Below, piece after piece: positions 46,627-55,881 of a stretch of 64,000 nucleotides of DNA (positions are counted from its first letter, which is position 1; the number at the start of each line of letters is the position of its first letter). Made by a program: the position numbers and the translations under genes. Source of the DNA: an uncultured Candidatus Saccharibacteria bacterium (GTDB lineage: Bacteria > Patescibacteriota > Saccharimonadia > Saccharimonadales > UBA10212). The stretch covers positions 2,504 through 66,503 of the forward strand of contig CAYWQH010000005.1 of assembly GCA_964460855.1 (NCBI GenBank). Direction: 5' to 3'. The notes under the pieces are model-generated. The model made no database searches, had not been told where the DNA came from, and saw nothing but the letters and a program-made list of their open reading frames with translations.

Positions 46627-47692
46627 CGCGGCCCTGCTACTTTCGGTCCGCCGTAAAAAAGAAGACTCCTGGCTTAACATCCCGGTCACTAACGAACTTA
46701 AAGGCCTGGCCATATTAATGGTGGTGTTCGGCCACATCGGCTATTTTTTGGTGGACGGCCAGCGGTTTTTGTGGCCGCTTTCGACCATGGCTGGCGTTGG
46801 GGTAAACATCTTCTTATTTTTGTCGGGCTTTGGACTGACTTTATCAGCGCTGAATAAACCGCTGGGCATCATTGGCTTTTACAAGCGCCGGCTGGGCAAG
46901 CTGTATATCCCACTTTGGATTACACTGGCGTGCCTGTTTTTGATAGATTGGCTGGTACTGCACCGGACATACAGTGTGAGTTATATGGCCCGCTCGTTTG
47001 CCGGCTACTTTCCGACGGCCGATTTATATAATGATGTTGATTCGGTGCTGTGGTACTTTACGCTGATTTTGTTTTATTACCTGGCTTTTCCGGTAGTATT
47101 TTTGCGCCGCCACGCCTGGATGTCGGCGGCTTTTTTGCTGCTGGCTGTTTACTGGGTTGTCCGGCTGGACCCGGTGCGGCTGCACGGCGTAAACAATCTA
47201 TACGGCGTACATTACGTGGCATTTCCGCTGGGAATGATGGCCGCCTGGCTGCCATTTAAATTCGCGCATTTAAAAAACGAAAAGATCATGCCGTCGCTTA
47301 CGGCCTGGCGGGCCCGCACCAGGTTTAAGTACGACCGCTCGGTGGCTGCCGGCTTGTCGCTAGCCGCCCTGGCTTACCTGGCGATTAATTCCGGCGTAGG
47401 CGATACGCCCCGGAAAGAACAGTTTATAAGCTTGCTGACTATGCTGGCGGCCATCGCGTTTGTCAGTTTCAAACGCTTCGAATTCCGGCTGCTGCTGCTA
47501 TTTGGAGTGTTGTCTTATGAGATTTATTTATTCCATTGGCCGATATTGTCGCGCTACGACTTTTTATACGGCCATGTACCCGCTTGGCTGGCAACGTCTC
47601 TTTACTTAGGGTTGTTTGTTTTGCTTGGCTGGCTGCTGCATTTGACAGATAATTTGCGCCAGCGGCCAAAAACTAAAAAAGCTGGCGCTTGA
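46571..47692 (+). CDS. Acyltransferase-3 family membrane O-acyltransferase
   Basis: About 373 aa, polytopic. LKGLAILMVVFGH motif. Overlaps the SGNH gene end. Confidence 0.8.
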   Translation: MMSINNAPFQTYVLIALLSAALLLSVRRKKEDSWLNIPVTNELKGLAILMVVFGHIGYFLVDGQRFLWPLSTMAGVGVNIFLFLSGFGLTLSALNKPLGIIGFYKRRLGKLYIPLWITLACLFLIDWLVLHRTYSVSYMARSFAGYFPTADLYNDVDSVLWYFTLILFYYLAFPVVFLRRHAWMSAAFLLLAVYWVVRLDPVRLHGVNNLYGVHYVAFPLGMMAAWLPFKFAHLKNEKIMPSLTAWRARTRFKYDRSVAAGLSLAALAYLAINSGVGDTPRKEQFISLLTMLAAIAFVSFKRFEFRLLLLFGVLSYEIYLFHWPILSRYDFLYGHVPAWLATSLYLGLFVLLGWLLHLTDNLRQRPKTKKAGA

Positions 47693-47735
47693 TTTTAGCA
47701 AAACTCCCCTTCAAAATAAATTAATTGGAGGAATT

Positions 47736-48140
47736 ATGGCAGTTCAAAAACAAAGTGATAAATCAGCCCAACAAGGATCAAGCGCCCAGGCTTTATGCGC
47801 CGAAATAACCGCCGCGGCAGCTCATTACGGGGATGCTTTAGAATCATTAAAATCCGCTGAGCGTCAAATGCGCGAAGCTAAAACAGCTTCTTTTTTTAGG
47901 GAATGCGACTTTTTGTTTAGGGTTTACCCCGACGCCGGGCTTGAATCGTACGTTACCTACCAAGACGCAGTAATCGAAGAGCAGCCACTGTATTTTGACG
48001 CAACTGAATTATCGGATATAAACCCGCGCTACATTGAATTCTTCAACCGCTTTAAAGATAGAAGGTTGGTAATTGGCGGCTACAAATTTACTATCGAACC
48101 GGTAAACGGGCAATCAGGCCAGGCCCAAAGCGGCGTCTAG
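47736..48140 (+). CDS. Hypothetical protein
   Basis: 134 aa; GGAGG upstream; no motif. Confidence 0.5.
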   Translation: MAVQKQSDKSAQQGSSAQALCAEITAAAAHYGDALESLKSAERQMREAKTASFFRECDFLFRVYPDAGLESYVTYQDAVIEEQPLYFDATELSDINPRYIEFFNRFKDRRLVIGGYKFTIEPVNGQSGQAQSGV

Positions 48141-48365
48141 CTTAGCTTTATCGAAACCTAATATCCGCTCTTCGCCGCCGTCGTCTTTAACGATGTGGGT
48201 ACAGGGCACGCCCAAAGAATTGCAAATGTGCACCGATTCGGCGGCCCGTTCGGGATTTTGGTCGAGGTTGACGTCTTCGAATTCAACGCCTTTGCTTTGT
48301 AAATAGTTTTTTTCCATGTGGCAGTAAGGGCAGGTTGAGGTCGAATAAATAGTTACTTTGGCCAT
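48114..48365 (-). CDS. Glutaredoxin/NrdH-like redoxin
   Basis: 83 aa; CPYC active site. Confidence 0.8.
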   Translation of the reverse strand: MAKVTIYSTSTCPYCHMEKNYLQSKGVEFEDVNLDQNPERAAESVHICNSLGVPCTHIVKDDGGEERILGFDKAKLDAALGLA

Positions 48366-48380
48366 ATTAATCTCCTTAAA

Positions 48381-48704
48381 TTATTGTTGGATATTACCGA
48401 GAGCTTCGCCGCTTTGCGGGTTGCCCGAGCTATTAGCTGCCGAGCCGGCCGGCTGGACCGGACTTGAGGTGCCGCTCAAGCCTTGCAGGCCCGAACTTTG
48501 GGTGCTGCCTTGCATTAATGAATTGTTCGGGTCATTGAGCGGAATGCCCGCGCCCGAGCCGCTATCGTCCGAGGAAGTTTGCGAAGTTTGGTCGGCAGCC
48601 GGCTTGGGATGGTGCTGCTGCCACAATAAAATACCGCCGTAAATACCGAAGCCGATAACTCCGATAAACGCCAGTGTCCTAAGGGTATAAATCCAATCTT
48701 TCAT
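48381..48704 (-). CDS. Small membrane-anchored Ser/Gly/Gln-rich protein
   Basis: 107 aa; one TM. Confidence 0.45.
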   Translation of the reverse strand: MKDWIYTLRTLAFIGVIGFGIYGGILLWQQHHPKPAADQTSQTSSDDSGSGAGIPLNDPNNSLMQGSTQSSGLQGLSGTSSPVQPAGSAANSSGNPQSGEALGNIQQ

Positions 48705-48781
48705 GGTAATTAAGTATGCACTAAAAAGTTGGCTTATGCTAAAGTTAAGTCAGAAATTTTCAAATAAAAAAGATAGCTTTT

Positions 48782-49549
48782 ATGCTCATAATTATTATAG
48801 CGTTTTTGGTAATGACCGGCCTGCTGGTTTGGTATTTACTGACCCACGACCACGGCCGTAAAATGCCGGCTAAAGCACTATGGGCGGCCGCCGGTTTTGG
48901 CCTGTTGGGCATTGCCGCTGCCTTATTTTTGGAATTCAGGCTGTTGCCGGACGGATTTGATACCGAAAACGTCCATAATATCCAACTGGGCTGGGGATTA
49001 CTATTTTTCCTGGTGGTGGGCGTAATAGAAGAAGCCTGCAAATTCGGCCCGCTGGCCGCCTGGATTTATAAAAAGCCATACTTTAACGAGCATATAGACG
49101 GTATCGTAATTTTTGCCATTTGCGGCCTGACATTTGGTTTACTGGAAAATATCGCATACACCCTAGAGTACGGCGCCTCGGCCGGTATTTCGCGGTTGGT
49201 GCTAACACCGTTTTTCCATGCCGCCGGCACCGGCATTTTAGGTTATTACCTGGTAAGCATGAAGATAAATCCGCGCCATAAAACTAAGTTCTGGCTGGCC
49301 CCGCCGGCTGTTATGGCGTTGCATGGAATTTATGACTATGGGCTGTATTCGCAAATACCTTTGTTGCTGATGGCCTCATTAATGATTACCTTATTGTTTA
49401 GCCTGGGTTTATTCTTGTATTACATGGAGGCCAACGACTTGGACAAAGTCGCAGAGAGGGTCAAGGCCAACGATAATTTTTGCCCGCACTGCGGGCGGCC
49501 CAATTTAAAGCATAAGGCTTTTTGCACTTATTGCGGCCGCCATCTATAA
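48782..49549 (+). CDS. PrsW-family intramembrane protease with C-terminal zinc ribbon
   Basis: 255 aa. EEACKF and HAAGTG/HGIYD motifs. CPHCG...CTYCG. Confidence 0.7.
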   Translation: MLIIIIAFLVMTGLLVWYLLTHDHGRKMPAKALWAAAGFGLLGIAAALFLEFRLLPDGFDTENVHNIQLGWGLLFFLVVGVIEEACKFGPLAAWIYKKPYFNEHIDGIVIFAICGLTFGLLENIAYTLEYGASAGISRLVLTPFFHAAGTGILGYYLVSMKINPRHKTKFWLAPPAVMALHGIYDYGLYSQIPLLLMASLMITLLFSLGLFLYYMEANDLDKVAERVKANDNFCPHCGRPNLKHKAFCTYCGRHL

Positions 49550-49558
49550 TTTTGCTAA

Positions 49559-50440
49559 GTGAACTGTCCGAATTGCCACCAACCGTTGGAGCCCGGTGCC
49601 GCTTTTTGCGGTAACTGCGGCCTGCAAGTAAGCCAGGCTCCCGATACGCCGGGCGGCCAAACCGGGCATGCCGCGCCGGCCCACCAGCCGCAATTGGTGC
49701 ATCCCGAAGACCAGCCGCCTACTGCCCCGGCCCCGCCGCTAAACGGGTCGGCTGACGCCGACACCTTACCTGCTGTCCCAACTAATGGCAAAGCCATTGC
49801 CTCATTAATTATTGGCACGCTTGGTTTAGTCGGCAGCTTAATACCATTACTTGGTTTTATTATGGGCACTGCGGCCATTGCCCTGGGCGCCACCGCCAAA
49901 AAAACCATGCACCGAAAATTGGCGGTCACCGGCATAGTTATGGGCAGCATAGTTATCGTTTTATCCGCAGGTCTAACTGCTTATAGCATCCGCTACCAAT
50001 CGCAAGCCAGCAACCAAGCCGGCACCCAAACGGTATTTTCGCCATGTTATGAAGTTAAGCTAGATGCCAGCCTTAAAATTAACCAAAGCTCCGAAAGTTG
50101 TTCGTTTAACGCCGTGAGCGCCGATGACCAAGAACAATACGTTGTTAAAGCATTAACCATCCAGGACTTATCGGCGGCTAATTTAAAACAAAAGGCCGAA
50201 GCCGATGCCGCCAACACCGTTAATTTGATACCCGGCAGCCAAATAACCAGCAGCCAGGCCGGTACATTTGCCAATAGCCCGGCTTATACGGTAAAGTTCT
50301 TAACCAAAGATGGGACGGTTACGGTTGCCAGCTACGTTTACCATAAATTTGATGGCGGGCTGAATATGATAATCGTGACCCACGCCAATAATAAGGACGC
50401 AAGTTTGGACAGCATCGAAAGAGATTGGAACTGGCTATGA
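49559..50440 (+). CDS. Zinc-ribbon / Pro-rich / 2-TM (DUF4190-like) protein with extracytoplasmic domain
   Basis: 293 aa; GTG start. CPNCH...CGNCG. Confidence 0.55.
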   Translation: MNCPNCHQPLEPGAAFCGNCGLQVSQAPDTPGGQTGHAAPAHQPQLVHPEDQPPTAPAPPLNGSADADTLPAVPTNGKAIASLIIGTLGLVGSLIPLLGFIMGTAAIALGATAKKTMHRKLAVTGIVMGSIVIVLSAGLTAYSIRYQSQASNQAGTQTVFSPCYEVKLDASLKINQSSESCSFNAVSADDQEQYVVKALTIQDLSAANLKQKAEADAANTVNLIPGSQITSSQAGTFANSPAYTVKFLTKDGTVTVASYVYHKFDGGLNMIIVTHANNKDASLDSIERDWNWL

Positions 50441-50664
50441 GCAAAGTCAACAAAAGCAATATTTTGAGGTCGGCGGTTATAGCCGGCGCGCTGGCTGTGT
50501 TTGCTTTGCCGTTTTACGCCGAACGAAGCCAAATAAAAGATTTGAATAATGCATATACCGCGGCTAGCAGGGTAGTGCAGGTGAAAAAATCCAATCCACC
50601 GGCTGCGGCCGCTAATCCCGGAACGACCGCGACCGAGTTAATCGGTCAAACTTTTCCTCAGTAA
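50425..50664 (+). CDS. Hypothetical small secreted protein
   Basis: 79 aa; signal-like N-terminus. Confidence 0.4.
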   Translation: MELAMSKVNKSNILRSAVIAGALAVFALPFYAERSQIKDLNNAYTAASRVVQVKKSNPPAAAANPGTTATELIGQTFPQ

Positions 50665-50752
50665 CAGTTCGTGCCCTTCGACTCGCTTGCTTTGCGCTGA
50701 CAGTAGGTGCCCTTCGACTCGCCCGCTTGTCAGCGGGCTCGCTCAGAGCACC

Positions 50753-50783
50753 AAAAAAAGACGAACTCTCGTTCGTCTTTTTT
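50753..50783. terminator. Bidirectional intrinsic terminator, directly 3-prime of ssrA
   Basis: A6-agacgaac-tctc-gttcgtct-T6. Confidence 0.75.
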
Positions 50784-51185
50784 TGGTGGAGCTGGCGAGT
50801 TTGAGCCCGCGTCCGCTTGGTAACTTCTCCGATGCCTACAGGTTTATACCGTTTAGGTGTTTCTTTGCCGAACAAACGGTGAACGGTCAAAAGCAAGTCC
50901 AGCGCAGTCCTAAAGTCTTATCCGACTAGAACGGACCGTTCCAGTACGGGGCAACCAAATAAATATGGCACCAGCGAAAGCCTATTTGGCGTCAGCGTGC
51001 TGATGGCAGCTTAAATAATTAAGCTACAGCTGCGGCTTGGCGCCCGGCGAGAACAGAGTTCACGCTAGCAACAAAGTCGCTAACTTTGGTTTTGGCAATT
51101 AAAGCCTGTGCACCAGCTAACGTGTAGTGCAAACCGACCTGCCATGCGGAGATGTTAAGGTCCAACCGTCAAATTAGTCAGCCCC
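50784..51185 (-). ncRNA. ssrA: tmRNA (SsrA)
   Basis: 5-prime GGGGCUGA. 3-prime GGACGCGGGCUCAAACUCGCCAGCUCCACCA (T-arm plus acceptor with the G3-U pair). Internal tag frame 51019..51096: GCC resume codon to UAA, AKTKVSDFVASVNSVLAGRQAAAVA. Confidence 0.9.
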
Positions 51186-51330
51186 CCAAAAACATTAACC
51201 GCTCCGCGGCGCCTCCTAGCGCTTCATCCGCATTAATGCTTTTGGGTAACTGACAATTAAGGATTTAACACATTAGAATTGTTAAGTTGCTAAGTAATAT
51301 TATAACACTATTTTGCTTATAATGGTAGTG

Positions 51331-51774
51331 CTAATGATCGTGCGCGCCAACGGCATGCAGCATGCGGTTGGTGAAAGCCAGAAACGCTTCGACTTCGCCG
51401 TCGTCCATTTGCTTTAAGGCTTGCTGGTGAGCCGAATTTAGGTGTTTAAATCCGGAATGCAACATGGTTTTACCCTTATCAGTTAGCAGTACGTGGTGGC
51501 GGCGGTTGTCTTTTTTATCCCGCACAATTTCTATTAAGCCCATATCAAGCATAACTTTCATCTGGCGGCTAACGCTTGCTTCGGTTTGGCCTAAAAAGTG
51601 GGCCAGTACGCGCTGTTCGCAATCGGGATGTTTCTCTAAACCGATCATCAGCTTGAATTGCGAATAGCCTAGACCCAAGGTGGATTGCAAAAGTTCATCT
51701 GATTGTCGTTGTAAAATAAACGCCAATCGGTGCAGGGCGTATGGCAATGCTTCCCTCGGAGTTTTGCTCGGCAT
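51331..51774 (-). CDS. MarR-family transcriptional regulator
   Basis: Start at MPSKTP. Winged-helix core. TGcTATAAT lies 6 nt upstream of the ATG, so the mRNA is possibly leaderless. Confidence 0.75.
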   Translation of the reverse strand: MPSKTPREALPYALHRLAFILQRQSDELLQSTLGLGYSQFKLMIGLEKHPDCEQRVLAHFLGQTEASVSRQMKVMLDMGLIEIVRDKKDNRRHHVLLTDKGKTMLHSGFKHLNSAHQQALKQMDDGEVEAFLAFTNRMLHAVGAHDH

Positions 51775-51832
51775 AAACCAATTATAGCACAATACTTAAC
51801 AACTCAAGCATTTATCGGCGGAGCAGGGGAGG

Positions 51833-52111
51833 CTACAACAGCGAGTTAACGTCGCTGTTTAACTGGCCGGGGTCAAGGTCTTGGTCTACCTGCTCGTTAT
51901 TTAGCGTTTGGGTGGCAGCCGGTATATCGCTCTTGGAGCTCAACTTGGTGTTGCTGGTTTTTACTGTAGAGTTATTTACCCCGGCATCCAGTTTACTCTT
52001 TTCGTTGTTCATTACCCGGTAGCCAACTAAGCCGATGGCTACTAAGGCTATTACTAATACCACCAGGCCGACGTGGCCGAAGCCGCGCTGTGATTTGAAA
52101 TTCGTTTTCAT
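51833..52111 (-). CDS. Small membrane-anchored protein
   Basis: 92 aa; one TM (HVGLVVLVIALVAIGLVGY). Confidence 0.45.
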   Translation of the reverse strand: MKTNFKSQRGFGHVGLVVLVIALVAIGLVGYRVMNNEKSKLDAGVNNSTVKTSNTKLSSKSDIPAATQTLNNEQVDQDLDPGQLNSDVNSLL

Positions 52112-52125
52112 ATTACTGGCCTCCT

Positions 52126-52839
52126 TTAATTAGTGGAACTATTAGTTGATGAATCGTCAGTGTTGCTGTCGTTGGTGGTCTTGTTGGCGGCATTTAAGGC
52201 GTTCAAGATGTCTACGATAGATTTGCGGTAGGCTTTAAGCGAATCGCGGGTATTGCCCACGGCTGTGCGGAAAGCGGCGACATTGTCGGCCACGTTATTG
52301 CTGGTACAGTCGATGTTAATATCGAGGGCTTTAAGGGTGTCTATATTAGTTTGGGCATTGGTTTGGGCCGTTTTAGCGGCGGCTACCAAGGCGTCGTAAT
52401 TGTCGGCGTTCAGTTTTTGGGTGTCGTGCAAGCTTTGGGCCTTGGCGAATATTTTATCGAATACCGCTTTGTGCTTGGTGGCCTGGGCCACGGCATTATT
52501 CATGCGCTTGGTCAGGTTGGCTTTGCGGGCTTCGCAGCTCTTCATGCGCTTTTCTTTGCCCTGGTCCTTAAGGTTGGTACGAGCTGCTTCAATTTCCTGG
52601 TGGGCTTCGGTCTTAATACCGTTAACCCGGTCTTCTACATGTTGTTTTTCGGTTGTTTGGTTTTCGGTTTCGTTTTGTGTTTCGGTAGAGGTTGTGGTTG
52701 ACGAACTGTCACTGGAGCCGGAATTGCTGCCGGAGCCGGAGCTGCCGCCTTCGGCCAACACTGGAGTCGAAACGCCCAGCGCCGCTACAAATACCACTGC
52801 CAAGCCAGAAGCCAGTAAACGTTTGCTGTTAGCAATCAT
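52126..52839 (-). CDS. Secreted Ser/Thr-rich coiled-coil protein
   Basis: 237 aa. Signal peptide, SGS-rich linker, helical repeats. Confidence 0.5.
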   Translation of the reverse strand: MIANSKRLLASGLAVVFVAALGVSTPVLAEGGSSGSGSNSGSSDSSSTTTSTETQNETENQTTEKQHVEDRVNGIKTEAHQEIEAARTNLKDQGKEKRMKSCEARKANLTKRMNNAVAQATKHKAVFDKIFAKAQSLHDTQKLNADNYDALVAAAKTAQTNAQTNIDTLKALDINIDCTSNNVADNVAAFRTAVGNTRDSLKAYRKSIVDILNALNAANKTTNDSNTDDSSTNSSTN

Positions 52840-52917
52840 TATTACCCTTTCATAATCGTCTTAAATAAGCATTTCACTTGTGCTTTTTAATATACCATGA
52901 AATTGCTTAAGATAGAG

Positions 52918-53700
52918 CTATCCCATAACTGACTGGTACAAGCGGTACCAGTCTTGCAGCGACAGAGCCTGGGCCCGCAAGCTGGGGTCTATGCCGGCCT
53001 GCTTTAGCAATGCTTCGGCTTCGGCCTTGCCCAGGTGCAAACCGGCGCTGATGCTGCCGCGCAGCATTTTGCGCCGGCCGGCAAACCCGGCTTTAACCAG
53101 CCGGAAAAACTTTTTAGTATCAACCGTAAAAGGTGGTTCGGCGTGCCGCTCCAATATTAATATTTGGGAGTCTACTTTTGGCATCGGCGTAAACAGCTCG
53201 GCTGGCACCACCTGCCCTAACGCGCACTCATAATAAAATTGGACGCTGACGCTTAATAAGCTCATACCCCCCGGTGATGCGGCTACCCGCTCCGCTACTT
53301 CCTTTTGGACCAGCAAAGCGGCCCGCGACGGCTGGTTGGGCGTTTCGCCGATAATCCTCAGCAAATGGCTGGTTAGGTAGTACGGGATGTTGGCGGCGAT
53401 TTTATAATCGTTCGGCAGCTGGCTGAAGTCGAACTTTAAGATGTCGCCTTCTACAATTTGTAAATTATTAGCTGTAACTTGCTGCTTTAATTTTTGGGCC
53501 AGGGCCGTATCGAACTCAACGGCAATAACTTTTGCAGCCTTTTTAACCAAAATGTTTGTCAGCGTGCCAAAGCCGGCGCCAATTTCCAGCACAGTATCGC
53601 CGCCCGTAATTCCGGCCGCTTCAACCATAGCTTCTAAGGCCGGACGGTCAAACAGCCAGTGCTGGCCCAAGGCTTTTTTGGCGGCGGGTGTTTCGGACAT
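52918..53700 (-). CDS. rsmA: 16S rRNA (adenine1518/1519-N6)-dimethyltransferase
   Basis: 260 aa. LGQHWL, EIGAGFGTLT, NIPYY. Confidence 0.9.
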   Translation of the reverse strand: MSETPAAKKALGQHWLFDRPALEAMVEAAGITGGDTVLEIGAGFGTLTNILVKKAAKVIAVEFDTALAQKLKQQVTANNLQIVEGDILKFDFSQLPNDYKIAANIPYYLTSHLLRIIGETPNQPSRAALLVQKEVAERVAASPGGMSLLSVSVQFYYECALGQVVPAELFTPMPKVDSQILILERHAEPPFTVDTKKFFRLVKAGFAGRRKMLRGSISAGLHLGKAEAEALLKQAGIDPSLRAQALSLQDWYRLYQSVMG

Positions 53701-53702
53701 AT

Positions 53703-54125
53703 TTATAAATCAAGTAGCGGCAGGCCGATGTTTTCATCGGGCTTGCGATTAATGCCATCTTTGAACCAGTGGTGGAAGAATATTTCGCACGTTGCATTTA
53801 CTTCCAGCTCTTTAACGTGCCCGGCTACGCTTTGAAAATCATTATTCGATAGTACAGCATGAATGTGCGCGAACGGCTGGCCGTCTTTAAGCGCGATATT
53901 GCCCTGCAAGTTGACAATTTCCATTGGCTGGTCAAATTTTTGCCAAGTATAGCTTTTGGTTTCCAGATTATAAAAGCCAAGCTCAGCCCAGCGGCAGGCT
54001 CCCAATCCCATAACCCAGCCGGTTTCGAGGTTATTAATTTTAGCGAATTCAACTAATGACTCCATCAATAGCTCGCCTTTTTCCAGCCGCAGCAAATGAT
54101 TGAACCCGTCAAACCGGTATTTCAT
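53703..54125 (-). CDS. PPC (DUF296) domain protein
   Basis: 140 aa. FAHIHAVLS...GHV pattern. Confidence 0.6.
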   Translation of the reverse strand: MKYRFDGFNHLLRLEKGELLMESLVEFAKINNLETGWVMGLGACRWAELGFYNLETKSYTWQKFDQPMEIVNLQGNIALKDGQPFAHIHAVLSNNDFQSVAGHVKELEVNATCEIFFHHWFKDGINRKPDENIGLPLLDL

Positions 54126-54128
54126 TTT

Positions 54129-55361
54129 TTACCACCAGCGGTTATAAAGCCAAAAAGTGTAAGCTCCCGGCCAGCCGCCGTATTTAGCGGCATAATTCGT
54201 AAAATAGCGAAGTTGGCAAACGCCGTCGGTTTGCCAACTCGGGCAAGCCGCCGCCAATTTACCGCCCGGGCAGGCCTGCCCCAAACCGGCGCAGCCGGAA
54301 CCGTTATAAGCATTCAGGCGCCAGTTGGATTCGTGGCTAATGATGTAATCCACGTCGCCGTATTGGCTGGCCGGGATGCCGGCGGCGGCCATTAAACCGG
54401 TTTTGTTACCGGCGTATTGCGGCGTGACTACCAAAGTGCCTTTGGCCACGATTTGGCGCACCGGGTCGGTGGCGACGATTTCCTGCAGGACGGTTCGGCC
54501 GGTTTCTTTGCCGTTAACAGTTTGGATTGAGTAGGTTACCACTTTTTTACCCGGCTGGCCCGGCGACCTGATTTGGGTCTTGCCAGCCGGCAAGCCAGGG
54601 TCGTTAATGGTAATTATTGGCATCGGGATGTCTTCTTCTTGGGTAATGATTTTTTGGCCGGCGCTGGCGATAATTACGCTCAAGCCCGGCGTAACTTTGG
54701 CTGAACCCGACGGTATAATTGTATCGCCCGGCTGCAGGGTGATATTTTTTTCTTTCATTAGTTCATTAACGGTGGTGGCCCGGGTGCGGAAATCCACTGG
54801 CGTGCCGTATAAGTTAATAGTTACCGGATAGGCCCGGTTAATAACTACTTCTTGGCCGATAATGCCTTTTTCGATATTGCCGGCTTCGAATTTAACGTCG
54901 TCTTCGGCGTAAACCCTAACGCCTGCTTGCTGTGCGGCTAGCCGCGGGCTGGTATAAGCGCTTAGCGTTGTGGCCAAGGTTTTGCTGTTATCAACTATCG
55001 TTACCGGCCTGGCCCGGTAGATATTAACGTTAAGGTTATCTTCCAGAATGGGCGTTTGGACCTTAGGTTCTACGAGGTCTTCAGGAATCAAATTAAGGTT
55101 CATATTTTTGATTAAATCACCAACGTTTGAGGCCCTGGTGGCAACGGTTTGCTGCTGGCCGTCTACAAAAACGTTAACGATCTTGGTGTCGCTGGGCGCC
55201 ACTGTTTGGCCGTTGCTTAATATCATTAATACGCAAACTACTAGAACACTGCCCACTAATCCCATCACTGGGATAATGTAGGGGTGGCGCTTTAACCCGC
55301 GCTTGCCGCTTTTTTGCAGGTAGTTATATTGTTTGGTAACGCGCTTGCGGCGAAGTTTCAT
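54129..55361 (-). CDS. RpfB/YabE-like wall hydrolase (TM, DUF348 repeats, G5, C-terminal transglycosylase-like domain)
   Basis: 410 aa. G5-like GKKVVTYSIQTVNGKETGRTV. C-terminal ISHESNWRLNAYNGSGCAGLGQ. Confidence 0.7.
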   Translation of the reverse strand: MKLRRKRVTKQYNYLQKSGKRGLKRHPYIIPVMGLVGSVLVVCVLMILSNGQTVAPSDTKIVNVFVDGQQQTVATRASNVGDLIKNMNLNLIPEDLVEPKVQTPILEDNLNVNIYRARPVTIVDNSKTLATTLSAYTSPRLAAQQAGVRVYAEDDVKFEAGNIEKGIIGQEVVINRAYPVTINLYGTPVDFRTRATTVNELMKEKNITLQPGDTIIPSGSAKVTPGLSVIIASAGQKIITQEEDIPMPIITINDPGLPAGKTQIRSPGQPGKKVVTYSIQTVNGKETGRTVLQEIVATDPVRQIVAKGTLVVTPQYAGNKTGLMAAAGIPASQYGDVDYIISHESNWRLNAYNGSGCAGLGQACPGGKLAAACPSWQTDGVCQLRYFTNYAAKYGGWPGAYTFWLYNRWW

Positions 55362-55421
55362 TTATTTCCTGGTTTTTTACATAGCAAATAAAGCCAAAAG
55401 GCACTTGCTATTGTAACAAAA

Positions 55422-55880
55422 TCAGCCCTTGGCCAACAGCCCGGCGGCTTGCAGCGCGGCGCTAATTTCCGAATGGCTGCCGGCTTGTAATTGTCGCGGG
55501 CTAAGCCATTTGTATCCGACAATTTCACGTTTTTTGAGCTGCAAGTGCGGCATTTCGGGTAAATTAATTATGTATATAAGGTAAGAAAACCGGAGTTTAT
55601 CGTGCGGCCAAAAGCCATTGGATACCAGCTCCAGGGCTTCGGGCACGACCGCCAGGCCGATTTCTTCTTCTAGCTCCCGGACTAACGCCAGCTCCGGCGA
55701 TTCGCCGCCGCGCACCCCGCCGCCCGGCAGCCGCCAATCTTGGCGGCTCAGCCAGTTCTTTACTACCAGTACCGAGCCATTGGCGTAAATAATTACGTAA
55801 GCCCGGTGGGTTCGGCGCAATACCGGCCGCATTACCGGCAACAGCATTGAGTAGCTTATCCGCCCGATAGCCGCATACAT
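55422..55880 (-). CDS. NUDIX hydrolase
   Basis: Nudix box GGGVRGGESPELALVRELEEEIGL. Confidence 0.85.
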   Translation of the reverse strand: MYAAIGRISYSMLLPVMRPVLRRTHRAYVIIYANGSVLVVKNWLSRQDWRLPGGGVRGGESPELALVRELEEEIGLAVVPEALELVSNGFWPHDKLRFSYLIYIINLPEMPHLQLKKREIVGYKWLSPRQLQAGSHSEISAALQAAGLLAKG

Positions 55881-55881
55881 G

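Noticed and set aside
45235-50783. Block of small hypothetical genes next to the ssrA 3-prime end as an integrated island
   Set aside because: There is no integrase or recombinase, no second copy of the ssrA 3-prime end, host-like composition, and ordinary genes (SGNH, glutaredoxin) interspersed.
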